DNA of 64,000 nucleotides, taken from contig DHWF01000031.1 in NCBI GenBank assembly GCA_002413045.1, forward strand, positions 149,241-213,240. Direction: 5' to 3'. Below the pieces are notes generated by a model, which was not told the origin of the DNA, ran no database searches, and was given only the letters and a program-made list of their open reading frames with translations. Position 1 is the first letter of the stretch, and each line of letters starts with the position of its first letter. The position numbers and the translations under genes are program-made. Shown in pieces: positions 9,200-18,838 of the stretch. The stretch comes from Chloroflexi bacterium UBA5189. Lineage in GTDB: Bacteria > Chloroflexota > Limnocylindria > Limnocylindrales > CSP1-4.

Positions 9200-10402
9200 C
9201 TAGCGCCGCCCGACCAGGTACCAGGTCTCCATGTCGCCCTTGCCCTTGACGGGAACGGTACCGCGCGGCTCGCACACGAACTCGTCGCGGAGGAGCTCGT
9301 GGGTCGCGCTGGTGATCTGGATGCGGCCAGGCGTGCCCTGCGATTCCATCCGGCTCGCCGTGTTCACCGCGTCCCCCCATAGGTCGTACAGGAAGCGCTT
9401 GCGGCCGATGACGCCGGCCACGACGGGCCCGGAGTTCAGCCCGATCCGGAGCTCGAGCCCGAGGTCGCCGACGGCGCCGCCGGGTGCGACGCTCTCGACC
9501 ATGTCGAGCGCCAGGAGCGCGAGCGCGCGGGCGTGATCGGGGCGCGGGTCGGGAACGCCGGCGGCGACCATGTAGGCGTCGCCGATGGTCTTGATCTTCT
9601 CGAGGTCGTAGCGCTCGGCGAGCTCGTCGAAGTGGCTGAACAGTCGATCGAGCAGGCCGACGACCTCCGCGGCGGCGAGCTTGTGCGCTCGCGGCGTGAA
9701 CTCGACGACATCCGCGAACAGGACCGACACCTCGCGGAACCCGTCGGCGATCGTCTCCGGTCGCGCCTTGAGCCGCTCGGCGATCGAGCCGGGCAGGATG
9801 TTCAGCAGCAGGGTCTCGGCCCGCTCGTGCTCGCCGCGCAGGGCGACCAGGGCATCCTGGCGCTGGTTGTAGAAGATCGCGAGCAGGGTGAAGAACACGG
9901 TGCCACCGACCACGACGTTGAGCGCCAGGATCACGTTCGCGAACCACGCCGGGACCGGCGCCACGGGCCCGATGACGCTCCCGACGATGCCGGACGCGAG
10001 GAAGAGGACGACGAACGCCACGTACCAGCGAGCGCCCGATCGAACGCCGTTGAATACGAGCGCCCCGAGCGGCGCGAGCAGCCCCCACAGCCCTACCGCG
10101 CCCGATCCCAGGAACCCACCGAGCGGGGCCATCGAGATGGTCGGCGCGATCACGATGTCGAGGAGCTGGATCCGCAGGAGGACGCTCGCGTTCCCGGTGC
10201 GCGCGAACAGGACGATCGACGCAACGGAGATGGCGAGGTAGACGGCCGCGAGCAGGCCGGTCCAGCTGCCGAGCGCCAGGAACAGCGTCGCCCAGATGAA
10301 CGAGATCGGCCAGACCCCGACGGAGAGGAGGACGAGCAGCCCCTTCCGGAGCCGCGCCTCCTCGTCGTCGCCGGGAGCCGCGCCAACCCTCGCCAGTCGC
10401 AT
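9200..10402 (-). CDS. Membrane-bound class III adenylate/guanylate cyclase (about 6 TM)
   Basis: VSVLFADVVEFT, TIGDAYMVAAG, GVIGRKRFLYDLWGDAVNTASRMES. Start uncertain (ATG 10402 or GTG 10438). Confidence 0.85.
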   Translation of the reverse strand: MRLARVGAAPGDDEEARLRKGLLVLLSVGVWPISFIWATLFLALGSWTGLLAAVYLAISVASIVLFARTGNASVLLRIQLLDIVIAPTISMAPLGGFLGSGAVGLWGLLAPLGALVFNGVRSGARWYVAFVVLFLASGIVGSVIGPVAPVPAWFANVILALNVVVGGTVFFTLLAIFYNQRQDALVALRGEHERAETLLLNILPGSIAERLKARPETIADGFREVSVLFADVVEFTPRAHKLAAAEVVGLLDRLFSHFDELAERYDLEKIKTIGDAYMVAAGVPDPRPDHARALALLALDMVESVAPGGAVGDLGLELRIGLNSGPVVAGVIGRKRFLYDLWGDAVNTASRMESQGTPGRIQITSATHELLRDEFVCEPRGTVPVKGKGDMETWYLVGRR

Positions 10403-10475
10403 GATGGCCGCGTCGAACCAGGTGCGGGGCGAGATCACCCGGCGAGGATAGTCGCGAGCTGGGTGGAGCCGGCGC

Positions 10476-10862
10476 TCAGGCCCGGAGCAGCTCCGTGGCG
10501 GTCGCTGCGAGCTGCTCGAGGGCGGCGCGATCGTCGGCGGCGAGGCTCGCATCGTGCGCAACGGCCAGGACCCCGAGGCCGCCCAGCGGCAGGTGGCTGC
10601 GGAGCGCCGGGCCGCCGGGGTTCATCGGCTGCACGTCGAAGGTCGGGCCGGCGTCGTCGGCCGCGCGCGTAATGGGGTGCAGCGGGTTCTCGACCGCGGC
10701 GACGAGCCCGACAAGCGGCGGCCCCTCGATGCCAGCGGCCGCCGCGAGCGCCAATGGGGTGGAACCCTCCCGCCGCGTGAAGATCGCCGCCGATTCCACG
10801 TCACCGACGTCAAGGGCAGCCGTTGCGATGCTCTTCAGATCCGTCGCCGCTCCCTTGTCCAT
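10476..10862 (-). CDS. Small hypothetical protein (possibly GAF-like fold)
   Basis: 128-aa ORF directly upstream of the cyclase on the same strand, with coding-like composition. Fold assignment is a guess. Confidence 0.45.
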   Translation of the reverse strand: MDKGAATDLKSIATAALDVGDVESAAIFTRREGSTPLALAAAAGIEGPPLVGLVAAVENPLHPITRAADDAGPTFDVQPMNPGGPALRSHLPLGGLGVLAVAHDASLAADDRAALEQLAATATELLRA

Positions 10863-10907
10863 GCGCCAAGGATAGGGAAAGCGGCCCTGGATCTGCGCTG
10901 CGGAGGG

Positions 10908-11552
10908 TCAGGTCGGGTTCGCCTCGGACTCGTCAGTCGCAGCGTCCTCGTCCTCGGAGAGGAGCCGGTACATCTGCTTCCGAGCGTCGGTGAGGATCTT
11001 CGTCGCCTCGCCGCGCGCCCTCGGCGAGCCCATCTTGTGGACCTGGATGACGGCCGCGGCGAGCTGCATCGCGAGCTGCCGAACATCCGGCTGGCGATCG
11101 TCGTCCGCTGCCTTGTCGTCGGCCCACGGCGACCGGGTGCCGGTCTCGGCGGCCGCCTTGCGACCTTCCTCGGTCAGCGTGTAGGTCCGCCGGCCGTCGA
11201 CCTCCTCGCTCGTGACGAGGCCCTCGTCGGCGAGCTGCTGGAGTGTCGGGTAGACGGAGCCGGCGCTGGGGCGCCAGCGGCCGCCGCTCTGCGCCTCGAG
11301 CTCCTGGATCACCTCGTAGCCGTGCATCGGCTTCTTGAGCAGCGCCGCGAGGATCAGTGGCCGGATCTCGCCGCGGCGGATCGGGCCGCCGGGGCCGCCG
11401 TGGCCAAAGGTCTCGCGGAAGGAGAAGGCTGGGCGGCCGCCCCCGTGGCGGAGGTTCCGTCGGAGCTCTTCACGGAGCTGCCGGCCCATCTCGCCACGCA
11501 TATCGCCGTGGCGGTGCCGCGCGAAGGCGCGGCGGGTTTCGTTGTCGAACAT
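10908..11552 (-). CDS. PadR-family transcriptional regulator with N-terminal Arg/Gly-rich extension
   Basis: ILAALLKKPMHGYEVIQELEAQSGGRWRPSAGSVYPTLQQLADEGLV...RRTYTLTEEG. Confidence 0.8.
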   Translation of the reverse strand: MFDNETRRAFARHRHGDMRGEMGRQLREELRRNLRHGGGRPAFSFRETFGHGGPGGPIRRGEIRPLILAALLKKPMHGYEVIQELEAQSGGRWRPSAGSVYPTLQQLADEGLVTSEEVDGRRTYTLTEEGRKAAAETGTRSPWADDKAADDDRQPDVRQLAMQLAAAVIQVHKMGSPRARGEATKILTDARKQMYRLLSEDEDAATDESEANPT

Positions 11553-11610
11553 GTGCTGTGTCTGGATCCTTTCGTGGTTCCAAGCTTTGGTTGTGCGCTA
11601 TGTCGCGCGG

Positions 11611-11630
11611 CATCACGATATATCGCGATG
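11611..11630. promoter_or_regulatory. Near-perfect 20-bp palindrome, candidate PadR operator
   Basis: CATCACGATATATCGCGATG, one asymmetric position, about 60-80 nt upstream of PadR start 11552 in an AT-richer divergent intergenic region. Confidence 0.35.
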
Positions 11631-11971
11631 TTCCGCGTTGTCAACCGTTCGGGATCGGGATCATCGAGGTGAACATCCGGGACAGGAAGGCCTTGAGCGG
11701 CACCGGCATGCGCATCGGAGGCTCCCTCGGGTCCCGGAAGGCGTCACGTGCACGGTCATGTCGCGTTCCACGGTAGCCCGTTGCCGAGCCAAGGCGAATC
11801 AAGGGTCTTGCCGGATGGTCGCACTCGAAGGCGCGATCAACGATTGCGAGGTCGTACTGGGTGCACCGAGGCACCGGGCCCGGAGCAACCGCCGACGTTT
11901 TCGTAGACCGGCCGACATCCCGGCCATACACTCCCCGCCGGAGGCGGGATCTCGGGAGGGACGCGAAACTC

Positions 11972-14770
11972 GTGAGTCAGGCTCCGCGGCGAGCGATCAT
12001 CGTGCTGGCGAGCGGCGCGCTGCTGGCCGCGCTCCTGCTGACGGGCACGGTCCAGGCGTTCTCCAACTATGGCCCGCCGCCTCCCGGGGGTCCCATCCTC
12101 GTGTCGCCCGCGAACGGGGCGTCCTCCTCCGAGATCCCGACACTCACCTGGTTGCCGGCTCGCGATGCCCTGTACTACGACGTCACGGTCCGCACGCCAG
12201 GGCAGACGGTCGGCGGCTGCGGCGGCGAGGTCCGCGGTCACCTGAGCTTCCAATGCGAGGATCTCGCGCCCGGCACCTACGTCTGGAAGGTCACCTCCCA
12301 CTCGATCGAGGGCTCGCCCGGGGGCACGAGCGTCACGCGAACGTTCACGAGGACCACGCCGCCGCTGTCCGCGCCGGTGCTGACGGCGCCCGCGAACGCG
12401 GCATCGATCGACTATCCCGACGCCCTCGGGATGCTTCGCTGGCAGCCGGTGCTCGGTGCCGCCCTGTACGAGCTCGAGGTCTCGACCTCGCCGACCTTCG
12501 CCGACATTCACCCCACCGACATCGGGGGCACGGGCGATCTCAGCGCGGAGGTTCCGCGAGACCACATCGGCGTGGCGGAGTACTGGCGCGTTCGCGGCGT
12601 CAGCTCGGATCGGCTGTGGGCCGGGCCGTGGTCCCTGACGCGGTCGTTCACGGTCACCTGGACCGATGTCCCGACCCCGCTCTCGCCGGCGAACGGCGCG
12701 AGTGTCTCGAACATCATCCTCAGCTGGTCGCCGGTGAAGGGCGCCACGAACTACGACGTCCAGGTCGCAGCGATCGGCGACGTCGCGTTCGCGGACGCTG
12801 AGATGGCGTCGCCATGGCCGATCAAGACATGGCTGACGTGGGGTTCCACGCCCGCGGGTGACCTTCGCTGGCGGGTCCGTGCGCGAAACGAGTACGGCGG
12901 CACGACGGCGTGGTCCGCCGCGCGAACGCTCGTCCGTGACAACGGCGCCCCGATCACCGACCCCCCGCCACCCCTTTCCTTGCCGACGGTCCAGGTCACC
13001 AGCCCGGCAGACGGCGCCACGCTCCCGGATACCTGGGATCACCCCATCCAATGGACCATGGTCGCTGGGGCGACCCGCTACGAGGTCGAGATCGACGACC
13101 TCACGCTCGGTGGAACCGGGTCGCGGATCGTCGCGACGTCGCCGCTCCTGTGGCGGCCGGATCGCGGATCGACGGTTCGCTTCCGCGCCCGGGCACTCGG
13201 CGACAACGGCGAGGTGGGCGCCTGGTCGGCGTATCGCCAGGTGACGATCGGGCCGGTGGCGACCATCACGCTCCTCTCCCCGGCTGACGGCGCGATCATC
13301 TCGGCGGACTCGCCGCGGTTCGAGTGGGCGCCGTTCCTCGACTCCTCGTACTACCAGTTCCAGGTGAGTCGGACGACGGACTTCTCGGGCCCTTCCGAGG
13401 TCACCGTGGGCGTGCCCTACGCGAGCCCAAGAAGCGCGCTTGGGCTAGGGCGCTGGTACTGGCGGGTCGTCGCCGGGAACGGCGGGATCCTCGGGGTCTC
13501 GGCTCCGCGGGCGATCGACATCGTCGACACGCTCCCGCCCGCAGGTGGTTTCACGATCGGCGCCGGCGCATACACGCTCCAATCCACCGCTTCGGTGGGG
13601 GTTGATGCGGTCGATGACATCGGCACGGTCGATCAGGTGGGGCTCTCCGTCGACGGCGTTACCTGGGAGACGCACAACTACGACCCAGGCGCGATCCAGT
13701 GGTCGCTCACGTCGCCAGCGCACGGCGGCAGCAGCCCCGGCCAGCGGACGGTGTACGCCCGCTACGAGGACGACTCCGGGAACTGGTCGACACCCGTTGC
13801 GGCCTCGATCTGGTACGGCATGGAGCCGCCGGTCGATGAGACACCACCGATCGGGTCGGTCACGATCGCTGGTGGCGCGGCATTCACCCGATCGCTCGAT
13901 CCGGTCATCAACGTACCGGCATCGGATCCCGGCGGTGTGACGCTCGTCGCGATCTCCACTGACGGCGTCACCTGGGACGAGCGGCCGTACTGGGATCTCC
14001 AGCAGGTCACGTTGTCGCCGTCCAACGGCACGAAGACCGTCCGGGTCAAATGGCGCGACTGGGCGCTCAACTGGTCCGCCGTGGCCAGCGACACGATCGT
14101 CTTAGACACGGTTTCGCCGGTCGCGAGCGCTCCCAAGCAGACGTTTGTCAGCAGCTCGACCGTGAATGGCGGCGCCGTCCCAGTCAAATTCACGTGGACC
14201 GGCTCGGATGCCACGAGTGGTGTCGCGCGATACGAGGCCGCCCTGAGCACCGATGGCGGCGCCTGGGCCACGCTGTCCACGTCCCTCGCTACCGCATCCC
14301 TGACGCGAAACCTGACGACCGGGCATACCTACCGACTCGAGGTGCGAGCGGTCGACAGGGCCGGCAACACCGGGCCATGGGTTGGTGGCACGTCGTTCAA
14401 GGTCTCCGCGTACCAGGAGGGCTCCGGGTCGATCGTTCGGAGCGGGACCTGGTCGTTGTCGTCCAGTTCCTCGTATTGGGGTGGAGCCGAGCGATACGCA
14501 ACGTCCGCCGGTGCCTCCGCGAGGCTCACGTTCACCGGTCGATCGTTCGCCTGGATCGGCGCCGTCGGTCCGACACGCGGTTCGGCGAGGGTCTACGTCA
14601 ACGGCGTGCTGGTAACGACCGTGAGCCTGTACGCATCCTCGACCGGGTATCAGCGGGTCCTGGTTGCGCTCTCGTGGTCGACCGCGACGAGTCGCACGGT
14701 CAAGATCATCGTCGTCGGGACCTCCGGGCACTCCCGCGTCGACCTCGACGCGCTCGTGACCGGAACGTAG
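11972..14770 (+). CDS. Large secreted protein with five tandem Fn3-like repeats and a C-terminal beta-sandwich-like domain
   Basis: GGGAGGG 11 nt before GTG 11972. Signal peptide AIIVLASGALLAALLLTGTVQAFS. Five repeats starting P(A)(N/D)GA and ending Y(Y/E)(D/E/Q)(V/L/F)(T/E/Q)V. Ends in a GTWS...SYWGG...RVYVNG module. Confidence 0.75.
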   Translation: MSQAPRRAIIVLASGALLAALLLTGTVQAFSNYGPPPPGGPILVSPANGASSSEIPTLTWLPARDALYYDVTVRTPGQTVGGCGGEVRGHLSFQCEDLAPGTYVWKVTSHSIEGSPGGTSVTRTFTRTTPPLSAPVLTAPANAASIDYPDALGMLRWQPVLGAALYELEVSTSPTFADIHPTDIGGTGDLSAEVPRDHIGVAEYWRVRGVSSDRLWAGPWSLTRSFTVTWTDVPTPLSPANGASVSNIILSWSPVKGATNYDVQVAAIGDVAFADAEMASPWPIKTWLTWGSTPAGDLRWRVRARNEYGGTTAWSAARTLVRDNGAPITDPPPPLSLPTVQVTSPADGATLPDTWDHPIQWTMVAGATRYEVEIDDLTLGGTGSRIVATSPLLWRPDRGSTVRFRARALGDNGEVGAWSAYRQVTIGPVATITLLSPADGAIISADSPRFEWAPFLDSSYYQFQVSRTTDFSGPSEVTVGVPYASPRSALGLGRWYWRVVAGNGGILGVSAPRAIDIVDTLPPAGGFTIGAGAYTLQSTASVGVDAVDDIGTVDQVGLSVDGVTWETHNYDPGAIQWSLTSPAHGGSSPGQRTVYARYEDDSGNWSTPVAASIWYGMEPPVDETPPIGSVTIAGGAAFTRSLDPVINVPASDPGGVTLVAISTDGVTWDERPYWDLQQVTLSPSNGTKTVRVKWRDWALNWSAVASDTIVLDTVSPVASAPKQTFVSSSTVNGGAVPVKFTWTGSDATSGVARYEAALSTDGGAWATLSTSLATASLTRNLTTGHTYRLEVRAVDRAGNTGPWVGGTSFKVSAYQEGSGSIVRSGTWSLSSSSSYWGGAERYATSAGASARLTFTGRSFAWIGAVGPTRGSARVYVNGVLVTTVSLYASSTGYQRVLVALSWSTATSRTVKIIVVGTSGHSRVDLDALVTGT

Positions 14771-14785
14771 TGCGGCGAGCCAGGT

Positions 14786-16006
14786 CTACGCGGGGGATCT
14801 CCCCCACTCGCCGGCGCGGATGAGCCAGGCAACGGCGAAGAACCAGACGGCTGAGAGGATCGCCACGAGCCCGAGCGCGAGGAGCCACGGGGCCGGGTCG
14901 AGCCAGCCAAGCACGAGCGCGGCAACGGCACCGACCGCGAGCAGCCAGGTGAGCGGCCGGTAGACCATCTCGAGGCGGATGGCATCCGTGAGGGCGCGGG
15001 CGGTGAGGATCATCGCGAGCAGGCCGATCGCCACCGCGCCCGCGAGCAGCCACGCCGTCGCGGCAGGCGTCGTTGGATCGTGGGCATGCTCGACGAGGGT
15101 GACGATCGCGGCACCCGTGGCCGTGATCGACAGGGTGATCGGGACGTGGCTGAGCATCCAGATCGACAGCACGCCGCGATCGTCGCGCGGCATCCGTCGG
15201 CCGATCAGGTCGAAGTAGATCCACCAGTAGCCGAAGCCCACGATGAGCGCGAGCGACCCGGTACCGATCGTGATCAGGTCGCGTTGACCCGCGGACAGCC
15301 CCTCGACGACACCGAGGATCACCTCGCCGAGGACGATGATCGTGAACGCCCCGAACCGCTCGACGAGCGACTGGGTCGCGACGACGCCCTCGCTCATCCC
15401 GACCCGCGGCCGAGATGCCGCCAGCTGGATCCCGATGAACCACGACGCCGCGAAGACGGCCCAGAGCACGAGCCGCGGCTCGAGCGGCAGGAACGCGCTC
15501 GCGGCAATCAGCGCGGTCGAGACCACCAGGCCGCCGACGTAGAACTTGGTGACCGGGAGGAAGTCGGGGTTATCGACCCGATCCTGGTTTCGGACGATGT
15601 TCCATTGCCATGTCATGAGCGCAAGGAACGCCGCGTAGACGAGCGCGAAGGCCGCCCCTTCCGTGCCGGCAGCCTCCTGGGTGAACACGGCCAGCAATGC
15701 GAGGAAGCCCATCTGCGTGAACACGAGCAGGCGGGTCCGGCCGTCCTCGCGACCGTGCAGCTCCACGTACAGCGAGCCGTTGATCCACGCGATCCAGATC
15801 ATCGCGAAGACGACCGCGAACTCGGCGAAGCCGCGGATCGAGATATCGGAGGTCAGGCGGTTCGAGGCGCCGGTGATGACGGCCACGTAGACGAGGTCGT
15901 AGAACAGCTCGAGATTGCTGACCGTCCGGTCCTTGATCACGGCACCATGCGGCCGCGGCGGCGCCGTGAGCCATCGCTTGAACTCGCTCTTGCCCGAACC
16001 GGTCAC
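14786..16006 (-). CDS. Low-temperature-requirement LtrA-family membrane protein
   Basis: NLELFYDLVYVAVI motif and about 10 TM helices. GTG 16006 overlaps the upstream stop (GTGA). The track ORF N-terminus is read-through into the upstream gene. Confidence 0.8.
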   Translation of the reverse strand: MTGSGKSEFKRWLTAPPRPHGAVIKDRTVSNLELFYDLVYVAVITGASNRLTSDISIRGFAEFAVVFAMIWIAWINGSLYVELHGREDGRTRLLVFTQMGFLALLAVFTQEAAGTEGAAFALVYAAFLALMTWQWNIVRNQDRVDNPDFLPVTKFYVGGLVVSTALIAASAFLPLEPRLVLWAVFAASWFIGIQLAASRPRVGMSEGVVATQSLVERFGAFTIIVLGEVILGVVEGLSAGQRDLITIGTGSLALIVGFGYWWIYFDLIGRRMPRDDRGVLSIWMLSHVPITLSITATGAAIVTLVEHAHDPTTPAATAWLLAGAVAIGLLAMILTARALTDAIRLEMVYRPLTWLLAVGAVAALVLGWLDPAPWLLALGLVAILSAVWFFAVAWLIRAGEWGRSPA

Positions 16007-17343
16007 GGGGCGCACGTCGCGAAGAGGCGCCACTCCCCGGGAACGCCCTTGAGGACGTGGGCACCGCGATCCTCGAACGTGAGCTGCGAGCCGGTGACGA
16101 GGTCGCGCACCGTCCCCGAGACAAGCACCTCGCCAGGTTTCGCCTCGGCGGCGACCCGCGCGGCGATGTGGACGGCGATGCCGCTGATCTCGCCGCGGAG
16201 GCGCTCGCCCTCGCCGGTGTGGAGGCCGGCGCGGACCTCGAGGCCGAGCTTGCGCACGTCGTCGCGGATGGCGCAGGCGCACCGGATCGCGCGGCCAGGG
16301 CCGTCGAAGGTGGCAAAGAAGCCGTCGCCGGACGTGCCCGCCTCGACGCCGCCATGGCGCGCCAGCTGGTGCCGGACGACCGCATGGTGCTGGTCGAGGA
16401 GCCGGCGCCAGGCGACGTCGCCGAGATCGGCCGCTTTCTCCGTCGAGCCCGCGATGTCCGTGAACAGGAAGGTGCCGAGGAACATCTCGTGTTCGGTCGG
16501 GTCGGCGAGGCCACGGATGAACTGCTCGGTCTCGTCGAGCAGGACCTGGTTCGCGGCGGGATCCGCCCACGAGTAGCCGTCGACGAGCCCCGGGATTTCG
16601 CGGCGGGTCGCGCCGGGGATGTGGTGGGTCACGTAATCCGCGACGCCCGTCGACGACTGCCGATGGGTGACGAGCGTCGGAACCCGCAGCGTTGGCAGCA
16701 GGTCGATGACGTCGCCGTCCATGACCATGCGCTGGTAGGCGGCGGCTGCGCTCGGGCTGGCGCTGGAGCGCATGTGGCGCACGTACCAGGCGAGGAAGTC
16801 GGGGTCGTCGGCGACGGTGGGGCTGTAGGTGGCGAGCTCACGCTCGAACAGGCGCGTCGAGCCCCAATCGGCCGAGACCTCCGCGAGCCAGGTGCGCCAT
16901 TCGTCGTCCGTCCGCGCCCACGGATAGTCCGGGGTGCGCCGGCCACGGACCGACGGCTCGTGCAGCACGAGCCCGAGCACGCGCTCCGGGTACGTCGCCG
17001 CGAACATGATCGCGATCCGGGTGCCCTCGTGGGCGGCCATGATCGCGGCCCGCTCCACCCCGGCATCCTCCATCACCGCGCGGATGTCATCCATCCGCGA
17101 CTCGAGCGTGGGTGCGCTCCGGAGTCGATCGGACAGGCCCATGCCGCGCTTATCGAACATGAGCACGCGGCTGAACGCGGCGAGGCCCTCCACGTGGCGC
17201 ACGAACAGCGGCTGGTCCCAGACCGACGACAGCTCGGACAGGCTGCCGCGCACGACCACCAGATCGACCGGCCCGTCGCCGAACGACTGGTACGCGATGC
17301 TGACGTCGCCGCTGCGCGCGTAGCGGATCTCGGGCACGTCCAT
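16003..17343 (-). CDS. Alpha/beta-hydrolase domain fused to class III adenylate/guanylate cyclase
   Basis: N-terminal IAYQSFGDGPVDLVVVRG...FDKRGMGLSD. C-terminal FLFTDIAGST, SGDGFFATF, HTGEGE, IAVHIAARV. Confidence 0.85.
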   Translation of the reverse strand: MDVPEIRYARSGDVSIAYQSFGDGPVDLVVVRGSLSELSSVWDQPLFVRHVEGLAAFSRVLMFDKRGMGLSDRLRSAPTLESRMDDIRAVMEDAGVERAAIMAAHEGTRIAIMFAATYPERVLGLVLHEPSVRGRRTPDYPWARTDDEWRTWLAEVSADWGSTRLFERELATYSPTVADDPDFLAWYVRHMRSSASPSAAAAYQRMVMDGDVIDLLPTLRVPTLVTHRQSSTGVADYVTHHIPGATRREIPGLVDGYSWADPAANQVLLDETEQFIRGLADPTEHEMFLGTFLFTDIAGSTEKAADLGDVAWRRLLDQHHAVVRHQLARHGGVEAGTSGDGFFATFDGPGRAIRCACAIRDDVRKLGLEVRAGLHTGEGERLRGEISGIAVHIAARVAAEAKPGEVLVSGTVRDLVTGSQLTFEDRGAHVLKGVPGEWRLFATCAP

Positions 17344-17429
17344 CGCGCGCATTGTGCGGCTCGCGACGACTGCCATACCGTGGACATGGGCGCCGCCGGG
17401 GGCCTGAGGCGCCCGTACCATTCGGGCCA

Positions 17430-17900
17430 GTGTTGCCCTACCCGAACGACCCCGCGGCCTGGCAGAACTTCTACGTGATGATGGGCGGCGCCAACGCGGC
17501 GTTGACCGGACTCGTGTTCGTCGCGCTGTCGATCCACCTCCGCGAGGTGCTCGACCACCCGCTCCTTCGACCGCGGGCCGTGATCGCGCTGACGGTGCTC
17601 ACGACGCAGATCGTCATTGCCGCGATCGTGCTGGTGCCCCAGTCCGCGCAGCTCATGGGCGTCGAGATCTTCGCGGTCAACGCGGCCTTCCTGGCCGTCG
17701 ACCTGCGTAATCGGGTGCCGAACGCGCCGATCACGCGCGCGCGGCTCCTGAGCTTCCTGATCCGCATGGTGTACATCGCCTCGGCGATCAGCCTCATGGT
17801 CGGGATCGGCGGTGGCTTCTACCTGCTCGCCCTTGTCGTCACCGTGACGCTCGCGCGAACGATGTCGAGCGCGTGGGCGCTGCTCACGGCGCTCGGGTAG
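17430..17900 (+). CDS. Hypothetical 4-TM membrane protein
   Basis: Hydrophobic segments (ALTGLVFVALSI, VIALTVLTTQIVIAAIVLV, and others). Stop lies 4 nt before the sigma gene. Start uncertain (GTG 17430 or the internal MMGG). Confidence 0.5.
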   Translation: MLPYPNDPAAWQNFYVMMGGANAALTGLVFVALSIHLREVLDHPLLRPRAVIALTVLTTQIVIAAIVLVPQSAQLMGVEIFAVNAAFLAVDLRNRVPNAPITRARLLSFLIRMVYIASAISLMVGIGGGFYLLALVVTVTLARTMSSAWALLTALG

Positions 17901-17904
17901 ATCG

Positions 17905-18831
17905 ATGGCGATTGCGTCCGTCGACATCGACTCGAGCGAGGCGTTCGGCGATCTGACCGCGCCATTTCGAGGCGCGTTGCTCGCGCACTGCTACCGGATG
18001 CTCGGCTCGATCGACGACGCCGAGGACGCGGTGCAGGAGGCGCTGGTCCGGGCCTGGCGCAGTCGCGCGACGTTCACCGAGGCGGTGTCGTTCCGGGCGT
18101 GGCTGTATCGGATTGCGACGAACGTGTGCCTCGACGCGATCGAGCGACGCAAGCGGACGATCGGGTCGGCCGGGCGGATCGAGGTCCAGCCGGTGCCGGA
18201 GGACCTCATCGACGAGCCGTCGACGGGACCCGAGGCGCGCTACGACGCGCGCGAATCGATCTCGCTCGCGTTCCTCACCGCGCTCCAGGTGCTCTCGCCG
18301 CGACAGCGCGGAGTGCTACTCCTGCGGGACGTGCTCGGTTGGCGGGCGAACGAGGTGGCCGATCTCCTCGGGCTGTCGGTGCCCGCCGCGAACAGCGCGC
18401 TGCATCGCGCCCGGTTGGCGTTGGCCGGCTCGTACGCGCCGCCGAGCGCCGCCCGCGCTCCCGAGCCCGGCCGCCTGCGCAGCCTGCTCGACCGCTACGT
18501 CCGCGCCTGGGAGGCCGCCGACATCGCGGGCCTCGTTAGCCTGCTGCGCGAGGACGCGGTCGTCTCGATGCCGCCGGGACTCACGATCGCCGGCGCAGAT
18601 GCGATCGTGCGCTTCCTGGCCGACGCGGTATTCGCAGGCGGCCGCCGCATCCGGCTGCAGCCGGTGCGCACGAACGCCTCCGTGGCCTACCTGATCCGCT
18701 CCGGGCCGAGCGTGGCAGCGCTCGAACCCTTCGCGATCCTCACCGTCGACATCGATGCCGACCCGAGCGTCATTCGAATGGGCGTGTTCTCGGACCCTCG
18801 GCTCGTCGCACGGTTCGACGCGCCGGCCTGA
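17905..18831 (+). CDS. ECF sigma factor with fused C-terminal SnoaL-like domain (ECF41/SigG-SigJ type)
   Basis: LLAHCYRMLGSIDDAEDAVQEALVRAWR, region 4 RQRGVLLLRDVLGWRANEVADLLGLSVPAANSALHRAR, then a ~130-aa extension. Confidence 0.85.
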   Translation: MAIASVDIDSSEAFGDLTAPFRGALLAHCYRMLGSIDDAEDAVQEALVRAWRSRATFTEAVSFRAWLYRIATNVCLDAIERRKRTIGSAGRIEVQPVPEDLIDEPSTGPEARYDARESISLAFLTALQVLSPRQRGVLLLRDVLGWRANEVADLLGLSVPAANSALHRARLALAGSYAPPSAARAPEPGRLRSLLDRYVRAWEAADIAGLVSLLREDAVVSMPPGLTIAGADAIVRFLADAVFAGGRRIRLQPVRTNASVAYLIRSGPSVAALEPFAILTVDIDADPSVIRMGVFSDPRLVARFDAPA

Positions 18832-18838
18832 GACACGT

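Noticed and set aside
14786-16570. Apparent fusion ORFs in the track (14786-16570, 34993-36675, 35592-37526, 37450-39543, 38226-40082, 43216-44616, 6130-6900, 52654-53745, 52732-53646, 27008-27859, 33375-34379, 33881-34669).
   Set aside because: The N-terminal extensions read through the upstream gene in another frame and look like junk. Each real gene has an internal start that forms a 1-4-nt stop-start overlap, or follows a ribosome-binding site or signal peptide. I trimmed them accordingly.
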